Below are positions 15,801 through 28,575 of a stretch of 64,000 nucleotides of DNA, piece after piece. The notes under the pieces were generated by a model that was given only the letters and a program-made list of their open reading frames with translations, did not search any database and was not told where the DNA came from. The DNA is taken from the NCBI GenBank assembly GCA_002269645.1, contig NIVC01002946.1, positions 62,001 through 126,000 of the forward strand, written 5' to 3'. The translations under genes were made by a program, and so were the position numbers. The first letter of the stretch is position 1; each line of letters opens with the position of its first letter. Source of the stretch: Macrostomum lignano (Eukaryota).

Positions 15801-18800
15801 CCTGCACGATGCCGCTGCTAGCATTGAGGCCGTAGAACTTGGCAGCTGCGGGACCTCCCAGCTGCCAAGTGACACTTCTCCGAGCTTCATCGCCCGCGCT
15901 GTCCACCAGCAGCTCGCCCAGTTTCACCAGCCGCTTGGCGCCCGCGACTTCTTGAACGTTGAACATCTGCGAGATGGAATGGAGAGGTCATCTGAGGTCG
16001 ATACTCTTTTGGTTTATTTTGGACCTATTTTTCTAGGTTATTTAGGGTCACCAGCCTATTTCAAGGTCATTTAGGGTCACCAGCCTATTTCAAGGTCATT
16101 TAGGGTCACCAGCCTATTTCAAGGTCATTTAGGGTCACCAGCCTTTTTCAAGGTCATTTAGGGTCACCAGCCTTTTTCAAGGTCATTTAGGGTCACCAGC
16201 CTTTTTCTAGGTCATTTGTGGGGTCACCGGACATAGGACTTCAAAATTTTTAAAAACATTTTCAGGCTAATATTTTCATTTTTCTGTTTGTCTACATACG
16301 GACTTCCGAAAATCATTTGAAGCTGCAGGCAGCATGCGCTTTTCCCGAACTGTTTTTTTTCTTAAAATTATGAGTTTGCACCGACTTTGAGCGTGCACAC
16401 GCTCACGCAGCGTTCCCGACTTTCTAATCGTCAGGCATTTACAATCTCTGTGCTTTGAGGGTTGAAGTTGAAGAATGTTAAACTCGATTTTCTTAGAAAT
16501 GAGCGCCCCATAGATTCTGGAGACTAAACTTGTACACATTTACGGCATTTAGGGCATCGAGGCTTTCTTAGTCCTTCTTCAGCCAAAGGTTGTATATTTG
16601 CTAGATAGGCCACTCCAGCCGCCTGACCCCAGCGCGGAAACCCCGGGGTTTCGACCATAGACTATAGCTTCTGCTGCTCTCAGAGCAGCTCTTGTATGTG
16701 GCCATATAAACCATCTATGGTTTAAGCTGTCTATGGGGCGGCTTGTGGCGAGAGTCAGACGGGCTACTCTGCTCCCAGTCTACTGCCGCACAGCCGCACT
16801 GTTACTGAGAACATTCTCGTCACCTTGACGGCAGGAGCGGAGAAGCCTCTAGCTCGATGGTAGAGCCCTCTGCTGAACGAGTACCCAGTGTAGTTCGCGT
16901 CCGTGAAAATCCCATAGAATGGCACAGAGCTCAGCAGAGAGGGGGAGAAGCTGAAGCTTCCTGTCGAATTTCGAAGTGCAGACAGCAGGGTACCGTTGGC
17001 GGCCCAGGCTTCCAGTGTCCGGCTGAGCAGCGGAAGCAGGCTGAGCAGCAGGTAGTCATAGTTCAGTGCCGCATCGTAGCACGGGCTGCTGAGCTCGGTC
17101 CAGTTGCACTGGGGGAACTCCGGCGACAACCAGCTCAGGGTGGAGTTCAGGACCTGCGAGACCACCTGGAAGGCCGGATGAAAGGGAACTGAAAAATTGC
17201 GCGTCCTGCATCACCCTCCACTTACCTACACACATTCTACACATTCTCTTTACCATGCTCCCCTCTACCCCTGCTTCCCCTACCCCTGCTTCCCTACCCC
17301 TGCTTCCCTACCCCTGCTTCCCTACCCCTGCTTCCCTACTCCTGCTTCCCTACCCCTGCTTCCCCTACCCCTGCTTCCCTACCCCTGCTTCCCTACCCCT
17401 GCTTCCCTACCCCTGCTTCCCTACCCCTGCTTCCCTACCCCTGCTTCCCTACCCCTGCTTCCCTACCCCTGCTTCCCTACCCCTGCTTCCCCTACCCCTG
17501 CTTCCCTACCCCTGCTCCCCTACCCCTGCTCCCCCTACCCCTGCTTCCCTACCCCTGCTTCCCTACCCCTGCTCCCCTACCCCTGCTTCCCCTACCCCTG
17601 CTTCCCTACCCCTGCTTCCCTACCCCTGCTTCCCTACCCCTGCTTCCCTACCCCTGCTTCCCTACCCCTGCTTCCCTACCCCTGCTTCCCTACCCCTGCT
17701 TCCCTACCCCTGCTTCCCTACCCCTGCTTCCCTACCCCTGCTTCCCCTACCCCTGCTTCCCCTACCCCTACTCTCTCTACCCCTGCTCCCCCTACCCCTG
17801 CTTCCCCTACCCCTACTCTCTCTACCCCTGCTCCCCCTACCCCTACTCCCCCTACCCCTACTCCCCCTACGCCTACTCTCTCTACCCCTGCTCCCCCTAC
17901 CTCTACTCCCCCTACCCCTGCTCCCCTTACCCATTGCTCCCCTCTACCCCTGCTCTTCCTACCCCTGCCCCCTACCCCTGAGCTACCAAATCGTCTCCCG
18001 GGCTGAAGTCCACCACGCCAGGCCGCAGCAGCAGGCTGCCAAGCAGGGAAGTCGCCACTGTTGATGAAGCTGGGGTTGCCAGCTGCTGGCCGACAAACCG
18101 GAAGGCCTCGCCACCGGCCAGGATCCACTGGAACCGACGCTCGGTGTCCGCGTACCGGGCGTCGCCGCCGCCGCTGACGAGCTGCAACAGGCGGCTGACG
18201 GTGTCGGCCGGGGCAGCCAGCAGCACCGCCAGCCGGGCCAGCCTCTTGTCCGAGTAGACGTGCCTCTTCAGCTGTTCAGCGGCAGCTGTCGCATTCTCGC
18301 TGGTGGCCGAGAGCACCAGACCGAGGCAGAGACGTCGGGAGCCCCTGCTAGCGAGCTGTCGAAGCCGGCCGGCCAGCAGCTGATCGCCTCGGCTGGTGGA
18401 AGTCACGACGGCGATGTAAGTCCAGTTGAGCCCCGTGACCAGCTGGTAGGCCGCCTGCCAAGTGTGATTTGTTGTTAAAAGTACAGTGCGGTGGGTCCTC
18501 CAGCGGGCCACCAGAACCTTGGATCCCCCATAAGCACAAAGTTTGGGCTGCATCACAAAGATCACAAACATAGGATTTTTATTATCAGTGTATTTTCAGA
18601 CCTTCATTTTTGTATTTTCGCTAGATGCGCCACGGGCGAGCACTGACATGTCATGGACCACAAAAAATCTCGTTTGAAAACGATATGTGTCCGAAAACAC
18701 CCCTACATGCTGCTCATATTCACCCTACATACCGCTCATGTTCATCCTACATACTGCTCATGTTCATCCTGTATACTGCTCATGTTCATCCTACGTACTG

Positions 18801-20820
18801 CTCATGTTCATCCTACATACTGCTCATGTTCATCCTACATGCTGCTCATGTTCATCCTACATACTGCTCATGTTCATCCTACATGCTGCTCATGTTCATC
18901 CTACATACTGCTCATGTTCATCCTACATATTGCTCATGTTCATCCTACATACTGCTCGTGTTCACCCTACATGCTTACTCATATTCACCCTACATGCTGC
19001 TCATGTTCATCCTACATACTGCTCATGTTCATCCTACATACTGCTCATGTTCATCCTACATACTGCTCATGTTCACCCTACATGCTTACTCATGTTCACC
19101 CTACATGCTGCTCATGTTCATCCTACATACTGCTCATGTTCACCCTACATGCTGCTCATGTTCATCCTGCATACTGCTCATGTTCATCCTACATACTGCT
19201 CATTTTCATCCTACATACTGCTCATGTTCATCCTACATACTGCTCATGTTCATCCTACATACTGCTCATGTTCAACCTACATACTGCTCATGTTCATCCT
19301 ACATACTGCTCATGTTCATCCTACATGCTGCTCATGTTCACCCTACATGCTGCTCATGTTCATCCTGCATACTGCTCATGTTCATCCTACATACTGCTCA
19401 TTTTCATCCTACATACTGCTCATGTTCATCCTACATACTGCTCATGTTCATCCTACATACTGCTCATGTTCAACCTACATACTGCTCATGTTCATCCTAC
19501 ATACTGCTCATGTTCATCCTACATGCTGCTCATGTTCACCCTACATGCTGCTCATGTTCATCCTGCATACTGCTCATGTTCATCCTACATACTGCTCATG
19601 TTCAACCTACATACTGCTCATGTTCATCCTGCATACTGCTCATGTTCATCCTACATACTGCTCATGTTCATCCTACATGCTGCTCATGTTCACCCTACAT
19701 GCTGCTCATGTTCATCCTGCATACTGCTCATGTTCAACCTACATACTGCTCATGTTCAACCTACATACTGCTCATGTTCAACCTACATACTGCTCATGTT
19801 CATCCTACATACTGCTCATGTTCATCCTACATACTGCTCATGTTCATCCTACATGCTGCTCATGTTCACCCTACATGCTGCTCATGTTCACCCTACATGC
19901 TGCTCATGTTCATCCTATGCTACTCATGTTCACCCTACATGCTTACTCATGTTCACCTACATTCTGCTCATGGTCTTGATGACAAAGTAACTTTCAGAGT
20001 CGAGCATTGCAAAAGATTCGCAACACCTGCTGCTGCTCACCTCAGCCAAGTCGAACACCGACGGACCCGGCGTGAAGACAGCATCAGCCGAGCCTGACTC
20101 GAATGCCGTGGACATCGGCGCGTCCAGTCTGGACGGGACTGTGGCGAAGACCGGCTGGTTGAGGCGGCTGGTTGAGCCGAAGGACTCCATTGCCCTGCGG
20201 TACTGCAGCAGAAACTCCAGTTGGTATTCACTGTCCAAATTTGTGAAAACTGCAATGTGGCATTGGGGACTGGTGGTGGCAGGTGGCTCATTGTGAGTAA
20301 AATTCTCAACTTGTTCAGATTTTATTATAATTTAGCTATGCTTCTGCAACGGAAATGTACTCAAATCTGGTATGTACTCAGAAGCGTTTTGATGAAGATT
20401 ACTCAGCATCTTCAATTGCATGTCAAACCCCAGGACTTACCTGAACTCTTTGTCCATCTCTGCCGTTGCGCAGCCGCCACCTGCTCGGTAGACTGGCAAA
20501 CCTCAGCCTGGCAAGAGGCTGGAAATGAATGTCAAACATAAATAGATATTTTAGTGCAGTAAATAAGCAGCTGCAGCCCCACAGTTGACTTCGCCACGCG
20601 ACTTACCGCCGAACCAGCGCTGCAAAATGATATTGCTAAGAGCAGCATTAATCCGCGATGAGGCATCCCAGCTGCTGTTGCTGCTGCTGCAGTTTCTCCC
20701 TGTTAGAGTTGGCTGCTGTTTTGAGTTGGACAGAATGACCGCGCGAGCTGCGCAGCTGCTGGCATCTGCAGCCCAGCCGTGTCCGACCACGCTGGAGAGG
20801 ATTAAAACTATGGACAGCAT
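9805..20820 (-). CDS. Single-pass receptor with two tandem Venus-flytrap (class C GPCR/ANF-receptor-like) domains, ~1240 aa; exons 20820-20607, 20518-20441, 20249-20041, 18547-17987, 17165-16824, 15966-15583, 14630-14175, 13305-12442, 10753-10443, 10108-9805
   Basis: All nine introns are GT-AG with matching phases; CDS total 3723 nt. Signal peptide MLSIVLILSSVVGHGWA. VFT1 motif WQAAYQLVTGLNWTYIAVV. VFT2 motifs PGDYYIGVIAPVR, GYVIIDSC, GFVGALSSTSSMAAAELLKQFGLPLVSYGSTS..FARTVVTD, YIVVVFADTDYG. One hydrophobic helix LALLLLLLLLPAGICAGYF, then a Pro/Gln/Ser-rich tail. Confidence 0.8.
10870..12250. repeat. 34/35-bp minisatellite in receptor intron 8
   Basis: Unit TTCCGAAATTCCCTCTCGATTTTTGCAAGATTCT; AAATTC at 10981 and 11015. 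Confidence 0.95.
13356..14100. repeat. 23-bp G-rich minisatellite in receptor intron 7
   Basis: Unit GAGTGTCAGGTAGGGGGAGGGTT. Confidence 0.95.
14641..15493. repeat. 24-bp minisatellite in receptor intron 6
   Basis: Unit CAGTGTCAGGGAGGGTGAATGGCT; it runs to within 10 bp of the acceptor at 14631-14632. Confidence 0.95.
16025..16230. repeat. 29-bp minisatellite in receptor intron 5
   Basis: Unit GGTCATTTAGGGTCACCAGCCTATTTCAA, about 6 copies. Confidence 0.9.
17262..17980. repeat. 14/15-bp C-rich minisatellite in receptor intron 4
   Basis: Unit CTACCCCTGCTTCC(C). Confidence 0.95.
18700..19965. repeat. 22-bp minisatellite in receptor intron 3
   Basis: Unit CATACTGCTCATGTTCATCCTA; CATGTT at 18781 and 18803. 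Confidence 0.95.
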
Positions 20821-21882
20821 GACGGATGCTGATCCTGAGTCCGTTTAACAGAATCGAGTTGATGCAGCATGTGTAAACTGTGTAAACACCAACGTTTATA
20901 CTTGACTAAACACAGCTGCCTCGCCAACTACCTTGCAAAACACAAATGTACACTGCCAATTGTTCGAGAGATACCATTGTGCGCCCGGTTGTACAGTGAG
21001 CGTGTTCTCGCCCGAGTTTTACAGATCTTATTGCTCAGCATCTCTTGTCGGAATTTTTATAGTCCTCTTCTTTTGCTGCGGCCCGCAATTTATAAATACT
21101 GCGCGCTGTAGTCTACAGGAAAATGTAGTGGAGTGAGAATTATTAAGAATCACAAAGGCCGCAGAGTTGCAAATTTCTATTCCGTTTGGCTCTAATTCAA
21201 GCTCGTAAATTGTTCCTTTTTTCAAGGCTTTAGGATCAGATGAAGTAAAACGTTACCTGCACCAGCGATGCTGTGTATATAGCCCTGGCTTGAATATCCC
21301 CTATTGGGTTTACATGTACGTACATGTACGTGTGTCTTGAGGATTAGTATATGTAATGCAATTCATATGTACAGTATAACGGTGAAATTGGGAGAAGCCT
21401 GGTGAGATATACATAATTACGAGCTAAGTGTTTGTCAACTTAGTTTGTTATTGTCCAATTGCTGGTGGGACAAATAACGAAGAATGAACTAACACTTGGC
21501 AGAGGCTAGCTATATTTAGCAACAGGCGGCCAGTGAAAGTTTTAATATTATATGTGAAACTATTAATATTAATCTGTACGAACCCTTCTATGAATAAATA
21601 CGCACACAAGCACAAAGTAAAACGGCCCAATTGGGGGCCAACACACGCTGAAATACACAGGGAAAACAGGAAATAATGCAATTTTTGTCAGTTTATGTGC
21701 ATAAATCTGACAGTTATGTTAGCATACTTTTTCATTGTCTGGAATATGCATTTGCAAGTTGCACATGCACATGTATATTATGATTATATCAGATCGCAAC
21801 AACTACATGCACGTACACTAAATGTAATGTAACGTCTGATGCAGACATGTACGTATAATGTACTGTACATAGGCGTGCACAG

Positions 21883-24164
21883 TTAGCTTAACGTCAGCAA
21901 TGCTTAAGCTCACTGAGAGGCTTATTCTCTGGCGGCTGCTCTCCTGCGAGCTGACAGCGATGCCCCTCAGCAATAATCAGCACGCCTTCCGTACCGGGAG
22001 GTCGACTGACAGCGCCCTGCATGCGATTGTCGAAAAGATTGAACGGGCGGTACTGGGTGACGGTTACGCCCTGGCTCTCTTTCTTGACATTGTTGGCGCC
22101 TTCGACAACGTTATCTTTGAAGCGTTTCAGAGGGCCCTTCAAAATCGCAAAGCTCATGCTACCCTCATACGGTGGATCATGTACATGATCTCCAACCGTA
22201 CGGTCACTGCCCAACTTCTTGGGCAAACTGCCTCCACCAGAGTCTGTAAGGGTGGACCCCAAGGCGGAGTCCTCACCCCGACGCTCTGGAACCTGGTCAT
22301 GGACGCTCTTCTGAGTGACTCCCGACCTGACCCCGTCTTCAAAGTCGGGTATGCTGATGACGTCACGGCCATTGTGGCAGGACCGTCTCCCAGCACGCTC
22401 AGGGATCTGATGCAGAGCTTTATCCGCAAAGCAGAATCCTGGGCCAATGACAATGGTTTGGAACTCTCTGAGCCCAAAACCGTTGCCATTATGTTTACCA
22501 GCAGACTACGCTGGAACATACGTCCTCTGCAGCTCTACGGCAGAGATATTGCCTTCGCGCACCAGACCAGATGTCTCGGGGTCACACTTGACCACCGGCT
22601 CAACTGGTCCTTCCACGTGAAAGCAAAAGCTAAGCGTGCCTCAGCCATCCTGGCCCAGCTCCGACGAGCACTTGGCACTTCTTGGGGTCTATCCCCAAAG
22701 CGGCTTTGGTGGATCTATACTTCCGTAGTTAGACCTGCCATTACGTACGCCTCTGTTGTCTGGGTTAGCGCTACCCAGGTCAAAAGCCATGCAGACCTGC
22801 TCAACACGATCCAAGGCAGAGCGTGTAGGCTCATCTGCAACGCCACCAGGTCCACGCCCTTTGCTGGCATGGGGGCCTTTCTTAATCTTCCGCCTCTTGA
22901 CCTCTTCATCAGGGGTGAGGCGGCTAGAACGACGCGGCGTCTAATTGATGCCGGCGTCAAATTCATTTACATGAGAGCACCTGCTAAGCGGAACCTTGTC
23001 CCGCATAGCGATCTGTGCCTCAACTTTCTCAACGAGTGTCAGGCCAATCGCGTCTTCACCGATGGCATTGCCTCAACGCTCAACCTGAGACAGCGCTACT
23101 CCGTAGCTATCGACTCGCGCGATAACATCAATGACCATTGGAACCCTGGTGAGCTTCATTGCTACACCGACGGTTCTAAGCAGTCAGCCAACACCGGCTT
23201 TGGTGTTGGAATCTTTCTGAACGGGAGGGTCATCGCTACCCACGCTCAATACACTGGGGTCAACTCCAGTGTTTTCCAAAATGAAGTTCTGGCCATCAGC
23301 TCCTGCACTGCAGAGCTTCTCGCCACTGGCGTTACTGGTAAGAACATCATTTTCCATTCGGACAGCCAAGCTGCCTTGCACGCCATCAGTGGCTGCAGCA
23401 CCAACTCTGCTACAGTCCTTGACTGTATCAAACTCCTCAATGTGTTGGGTTCCGCCAACAAAATTACCCTTAAGTGGGTTCCGGGGCATGTGGGGATCCG
23501 AGGAAATGAGTTGGCTGACACCCTTGCAAAAGTTGGTGCCTCCGGCTCCTCTCTCGGCCCCGAACCTCTTGTCCCGATTCCTGGCTGTGTCATCGACTCG
23601 CGCATCAAAGCGTGGATCAGGACTCAGCACCGCTCGACTTGGGCGAACCGCACGAACTGCAGGCAATCCAGAGGCGCTGTCCCTCAGCCCTCTCACCAGC
23701 TCCGGAAGCTCCTCTTGCGCCTCTCGCGCAGAGACATCCGGGCTGCCACCATGACCCTCTCTGGTCACGGCTGCTTCTCCAGGCACCAGTACCTGCAGGG
23801 CAACGCCACCAACGCCACCTGTAGTTTCTGCAACTCAGGTGACGAAACCGCTGAGCATTTCGTCAGCATCTGTCCCGCCTTCACGCGGGCCAGACTCACT
23901 TACCTCGGGCCACACACATCTATTACTGAAGCGTGCAAACCCGAAAACTTTAATCAGCTCATGCGCTACCTTCGGGCCACCCGCAGGGCTGAACTCTCCT
24001 TTCCAGAGAGCACCATAGCTGCTGGCGACACTGGGGGACCTCCCTGGGCGGCGCCAACCCTCCGTCCATAGCGACGCGTCGGCCGTTCAGGGACTAGCGG
24101 AATGGGCGCCCGCGCCTTCCCGCTGTGTCCCCTCCGGGACAGCCCTGCAGCTAAGTCTAAGTCA
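21883..24164 (+). mobile_element. 5'-truncated non-LTR retrotransposon (I superfamily, Loa/R1-like) with RT, RNase H and C-terminal Cys/His motif
   Basis: Uninterrupted ORF 21900-24071 with RT motifs QHAFR..STDSAL, LFLDIVGAFD, PQGGVLTPTLWN, YADD. RNase H motifs YTDGSK, QNEVLAI, SDSQAAL, WVPGH..GNELAD. CSFC..ETAEHFVSIC follows. 12-bp TSD AGGCGTGCACAG at 21871-21882 and 24165-24176; tail CTAAGTCTAAGTCA. Confidence 0.92.
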
Positions 24165-24858
24165 AGGCGTGCACAGGTATGTACACAGTCCTTGTCAGAT
24201 TAATCTTGCGGCCGATGCAGTTATTTATTTCTATCTAGCAGATTTCATTCTGTGCACAAAATATAGTTCGTAATTAATTCCACGGTCGAAGTACGAAAGC
24301 AGCCAGACGCGAACACCAACGTAGGGAACGATCGGCGCACAAAGCCATCAAGAAAGCCCTATAAAAAATGTACTTAAATGGATGGCTAAAACGAATTTAT
24401 TTTGACGCAAAAAGTAAAACAAACGATCAAAAACAATTAACGGAAAGCGAAACAATTTATATATAAAAGATAAAAAAGAAACCACAAAAGAAAAAATTGG
24501 CTCTGTGCAAAACAAACAAGGCGAGCGAAAACAACGCGAGGCATTAAAACCATCGGGGTGGTGGGTGTGCGCGGGGTAGAGAGACGGGAGCTAGGAGCTA
24601 GGGCCACGATGGAGGGAGAGAATTAGTACAATTGCACACAATTAGGCGTACGGACAGAGCATGAATTAAGGGAGAGAGGGCAAACGTGTTGGTGCCCTAC
24701 CGGTTATTAAACCACCGTAAACGTCACCCTAAAAAGGGCTCGCTAACGGGTAATGCATGTGTGAGCAGCAGCCGGGGAGCATTCCCCACGATTGATTAAC
24801 AGCTGCCTTGTTAGAAAGTGTATGCATCTACGTGCTTGTAACGTCGAAAAGCAGGTTA

Positions 24859-25042
24859 TTTCACAAGGTAAAAATTTACAACTTCGAAAACTTTAGCAAG
24901 GGACTTCATAAGCTTGAAATTTCACATCGAAAGCTGAAAGTACAAGAACCATGAGTGTGTGTGTAGTTTTCATGTTGTGAAATTTCGACCTTCTATGAAG
25001 TCCCTTGCTAAAGTTTTCGACGTTGCAAAAGTTTGTTGTGAA
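24859..25042. repeat. Short inverted repeat / possible MITE
   Basis: Perfect 27-bp inverted pair 24884-24910 / 24994-25020 (TCGAAAACTTTAGCAAGGGACTTCATA), with imperfect extensions on both sides. Confidence 0.7.
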
Positions 25043-26396
25043 ACACTTATAACTTATGTGGAAATCAGAATATATTTACTATTTAGTAAAGTAAAATATT
25101 TTTAGTGGCTTAAATAGTTGAAATATATAAAATGCTTTGTTTTACTCAAGTAAATACAGAAGCAAAAATTTAACTTATAATTTTTTACCGGTTTAAAACC
25201 AGATTTTCCAGGTATTATTAGATCAACAACAATGCAATAGGCAGTGCTAAATTTTATCAGATTAGTAACCCGATGATCGTACGCTGCTTCTATACGTCTG
25301 TATGACTGTCTGTATTAAAACTGCAGTTTTTTACTCAATATCGACACAGCAGCACAGCACAGGCAGATGCATAAACTATTAGCCAAACTATTACTAGGCC
25401 ACTAGGGGCCTATGACAATCACGATTCACGTCACGCTGAAGTTGAAAGGATAGGCTTCTGTAAGGCGCTCTATTAGTGGCATATTAGTTTTCGTCTTTAA
25501 TCTAAATGTAAGGTAGCTATATATTGTTTTGAACCGTTTAAAATATTGCTTGTAATGCAATAGTTTTTTAGTTTTTAGGCTATCACGTGTGATTAGTAAT
25601 AATCTTGCCCTTAAAACTAGGCCTATTCTAGATAGATTCTCATTTGACACGACAATCAAAAGATTAACTCTTGCATCCATTTACAAGAAATATAAAAACA
25701 ATCACAACTTATTGCTTCTCTATTATGGAGTCAAAAAATTCTGCTATTGCACCTAGTGTTGATGATAATCATGATACTAATAAAAATGGTAAGTATTTAT
25801 TTAATTAATTTAATAATAATAAATTAGACCTAATGCCCTAAAAGGCCCAGGCCTAATAATCGATAAAATTGGCAAAATCTGCCTATTAATTAGGCCTAGG
25901 CCTAATAATCATTTGTCTTTAAAGCCTCTAGGAGGTTTGAACTTTATAATAATTTTTAAAGTATAATTGTTTTTTTCAGACTTCTTGAATTTTAGGTATG
26001 TAATAGGCCTAGTAACATATAAAATACTTTCAATTTTCCAATTTCTTTGAAACTTTTGCCAGGCCCAGAGTCTTAGAGAGTGGTCAAAATGATATTTTGA
26101 TAGGCCCTAATGAAGCAAAAAACTGCAAAAAATATCTATAGGGATAATACAAGCTTGATTTGTTAATTTTCTATGTCTCTTTCCAAAGGTAACCATAACT
26201 GTTGATATTAATTATTTTTGATAAGATTAGGCCCTATTTTCCTGTGTAAATGTTTGATCACTTGCTGAATTTTTAATTTAAGCTTCATTGAAATTTCTCT
26301 TTAGCCAAGTTTAGGACCCCTAATTGGTATTGGAATTTATTTACCTAATCTTCAATAGACCCCTATTGCCTCTATTGAAGTTTAGGTAAATAAAAT

Positions 26397-27063
26397 GGTT
26401 GACGGTCATTTCGTCTGCCGCCTTTTCGTCTGCCGCCTTTTCGTCTGCCAATATACGATATAGTCGTTTCGTCTGCCAATATATATAATATATAAATCGG
26501 AATAACTAATTATGTCATCAAGCTTCGCATGGAAGTGTAATGTAAATGTCTTATTAATTCTAATTTATTATAATGCTAGGATTTTTCTGCAAGTTCCGGA
26601 GCTAATATGTTGCATATATATAAATACACAAAGCCAGAAGCAAATATCTCCAAGTTCCAACCGTTTAGTTTTCTTTCTTACTTTTTTTTCGTGTATGTAA
26701 ACTCATATGCAATTTATTCACGAATACAAGTAGCTTAAATGCACAAAGTGTAAAATGTAAGGAGCAATCGAAATTGTAGGCACAGAAAATGTAAACTCAT
26801 ATGCAATTTATTCACGAATACAAGTAGCTTAAATGCACAGTGTTAAAAAAAGGTAAGTTAGGTTTCGTAGAAAATGAAGAAAAACAAAATGTATCAATAT
26901 AAATAAGAAAACATACTTTAAACTTGCTTATACTAATTTATTTTAATTCCCTACATAAAAATTACGAAATAAGTGAACCAAAATAAACATAAATAAAAAA
27001 GTCGTTTCGTCTGCTAAAATTCTTTGGCAGACGAAAAGGCGGCAGACAAAATGACCGCGGACC
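26397..27063. mobile_element. Non-autonomous TIR DNA transposon with 8-bp TSD
   Basis: TIRs GGTTGACGGTCATTTCGTCTGCCGCC / GGCGGCAGACAAAATGACCGCGGACC with subterminal TTTCGTCTGCC repeats. TSD AATAAAAT at 26389-26396 and 27064-27071. Confidence 0.8.
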
Positions 27064-28575
27064 AATAAAATCAGTCCCTATGAAGATTATTCCCAATCTA
27101 AAAACCCTTTATTTCTCATGCCCCAGTTGTTAATGATTGTCAGCCCTCCTTGATACTTGTCCCTGGTCCCCCCTTCCCTAAGACCTGCCTCCCCCCCCCC
27201 TGAGACCTGCCTCCTTCCTCAGTCTCTAAATTGATCTACCTAATCATCAATAGACCCCTATGTCTCTATTGAAGTGTTTAGCTTTATTTGATATATAAAA
27301 TCAATCCCTATGAATATTCTTTCTACCCTAAACCCCCCATTCCCCAATGCCCAATGGTTGGCTTTATGCTATAAAAAATGAAGCTCAAATTTGAAATCAG
27401 CACTATCAAAAACCTGAAAACAAAATTCTATCCTGTTTTAGATCAACTATTAGATTATTTATTTTGTTATAGGTTTGGCATTATTTTAGACTTAGAAAAA
27501 TGGTTTCAATTTGGCATTGGAAGTCTAAATCCAAGATGCCAAAATCAAAATGAAAGTCAAGATACCATGGTCCATAGTTTGGATAACTCTATGTACCCTA
27601 AAAAACAACCCATTTTTTGGTATCCACCAATGTATGCCAAATATATTACTTTATAAAAAGCTTCATATCTTCAATTTTGAAATGTTACTATTAGACTAGT
27701 GATTTTGATATTTAATTTCAATTAAATAAAGTTCAAATGTTACAGTGATAATTAGATTAGTATAATGTTTTGTATATATAGTAAAACAAAAATAAAGTTG
27801 ACGTTTTATTGAAATTTTAAATCCCTACCTTTTAAAAACATAGAAAACAGTTTTGTATTAAATAGTTTTCAAAGTATTCAAATATTAACATTTTTAAATA
27901 TTTATTAATTTATTAATAATTTTTTTAATATTTTAATATTAATTTTTTTAAATAACAAATTATTTAATCATTGCCTTGTTTAAAACTGTTAGCCCTAATA
28001 ATTTTATTATAGACAATATATAAATTTTACATTTTAAACTTAGTGATAAGCTTATTTGATTGACAGTAGAGCAAGACTACTAACTAGCTAACTACTACTA
28101 ACTAAACTACTGGTGGGGTGCAGTGCATGCTAAGAGGTAGTGTAAGGTTATATACAAGTGTTACAGGATAGGCAAGCAGAAAAGTAAGCTGCAACTAGCA
28201 ATAGACAATAGCTCAAGAGCAAAGGCATAGGGGGCTACTGACCAGCCACATATAGTAGATGCAGCAACTTATCTGCTAGTAAATGGAAATGGTTGTGGGC
28301 ATAGTTGCAGAGCTATAGGATATTTTTGTAGTTACAGATAAGGATATAGATATAGATAAGGCTGAAATTACTTTTTGTAGATATAGATATGGATACAGAT
28401 TAGTTTTTTATTAGAGGCAGGGGGTTGTGTGCACCCTGGCGCACTTTATGCGACATAGGCACACAACTGGCAAGAGGCATTACTGCCCATTCCGCCGACT
28501 CCCCTGAGCAGGCATACAAGCGCGCAGATACGTACACAGGCACACACTCACACAGGAGTGTACAGTGGCCCTAAC

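Noticed and set aside
18625-20097. Cys/His-rich ORFs of 430-490 aa
   Set aside because: A stop-free 22-bp repeat read on the antisense strand of an intron; not a metal-binding protein.
21894-23824. Antisense and alternative-frame ORFs over the LINE and over GC-rich exons elsewhere
   Set aside because: Shadow ORFs of GC-rich coding sequence with no independent motifs.
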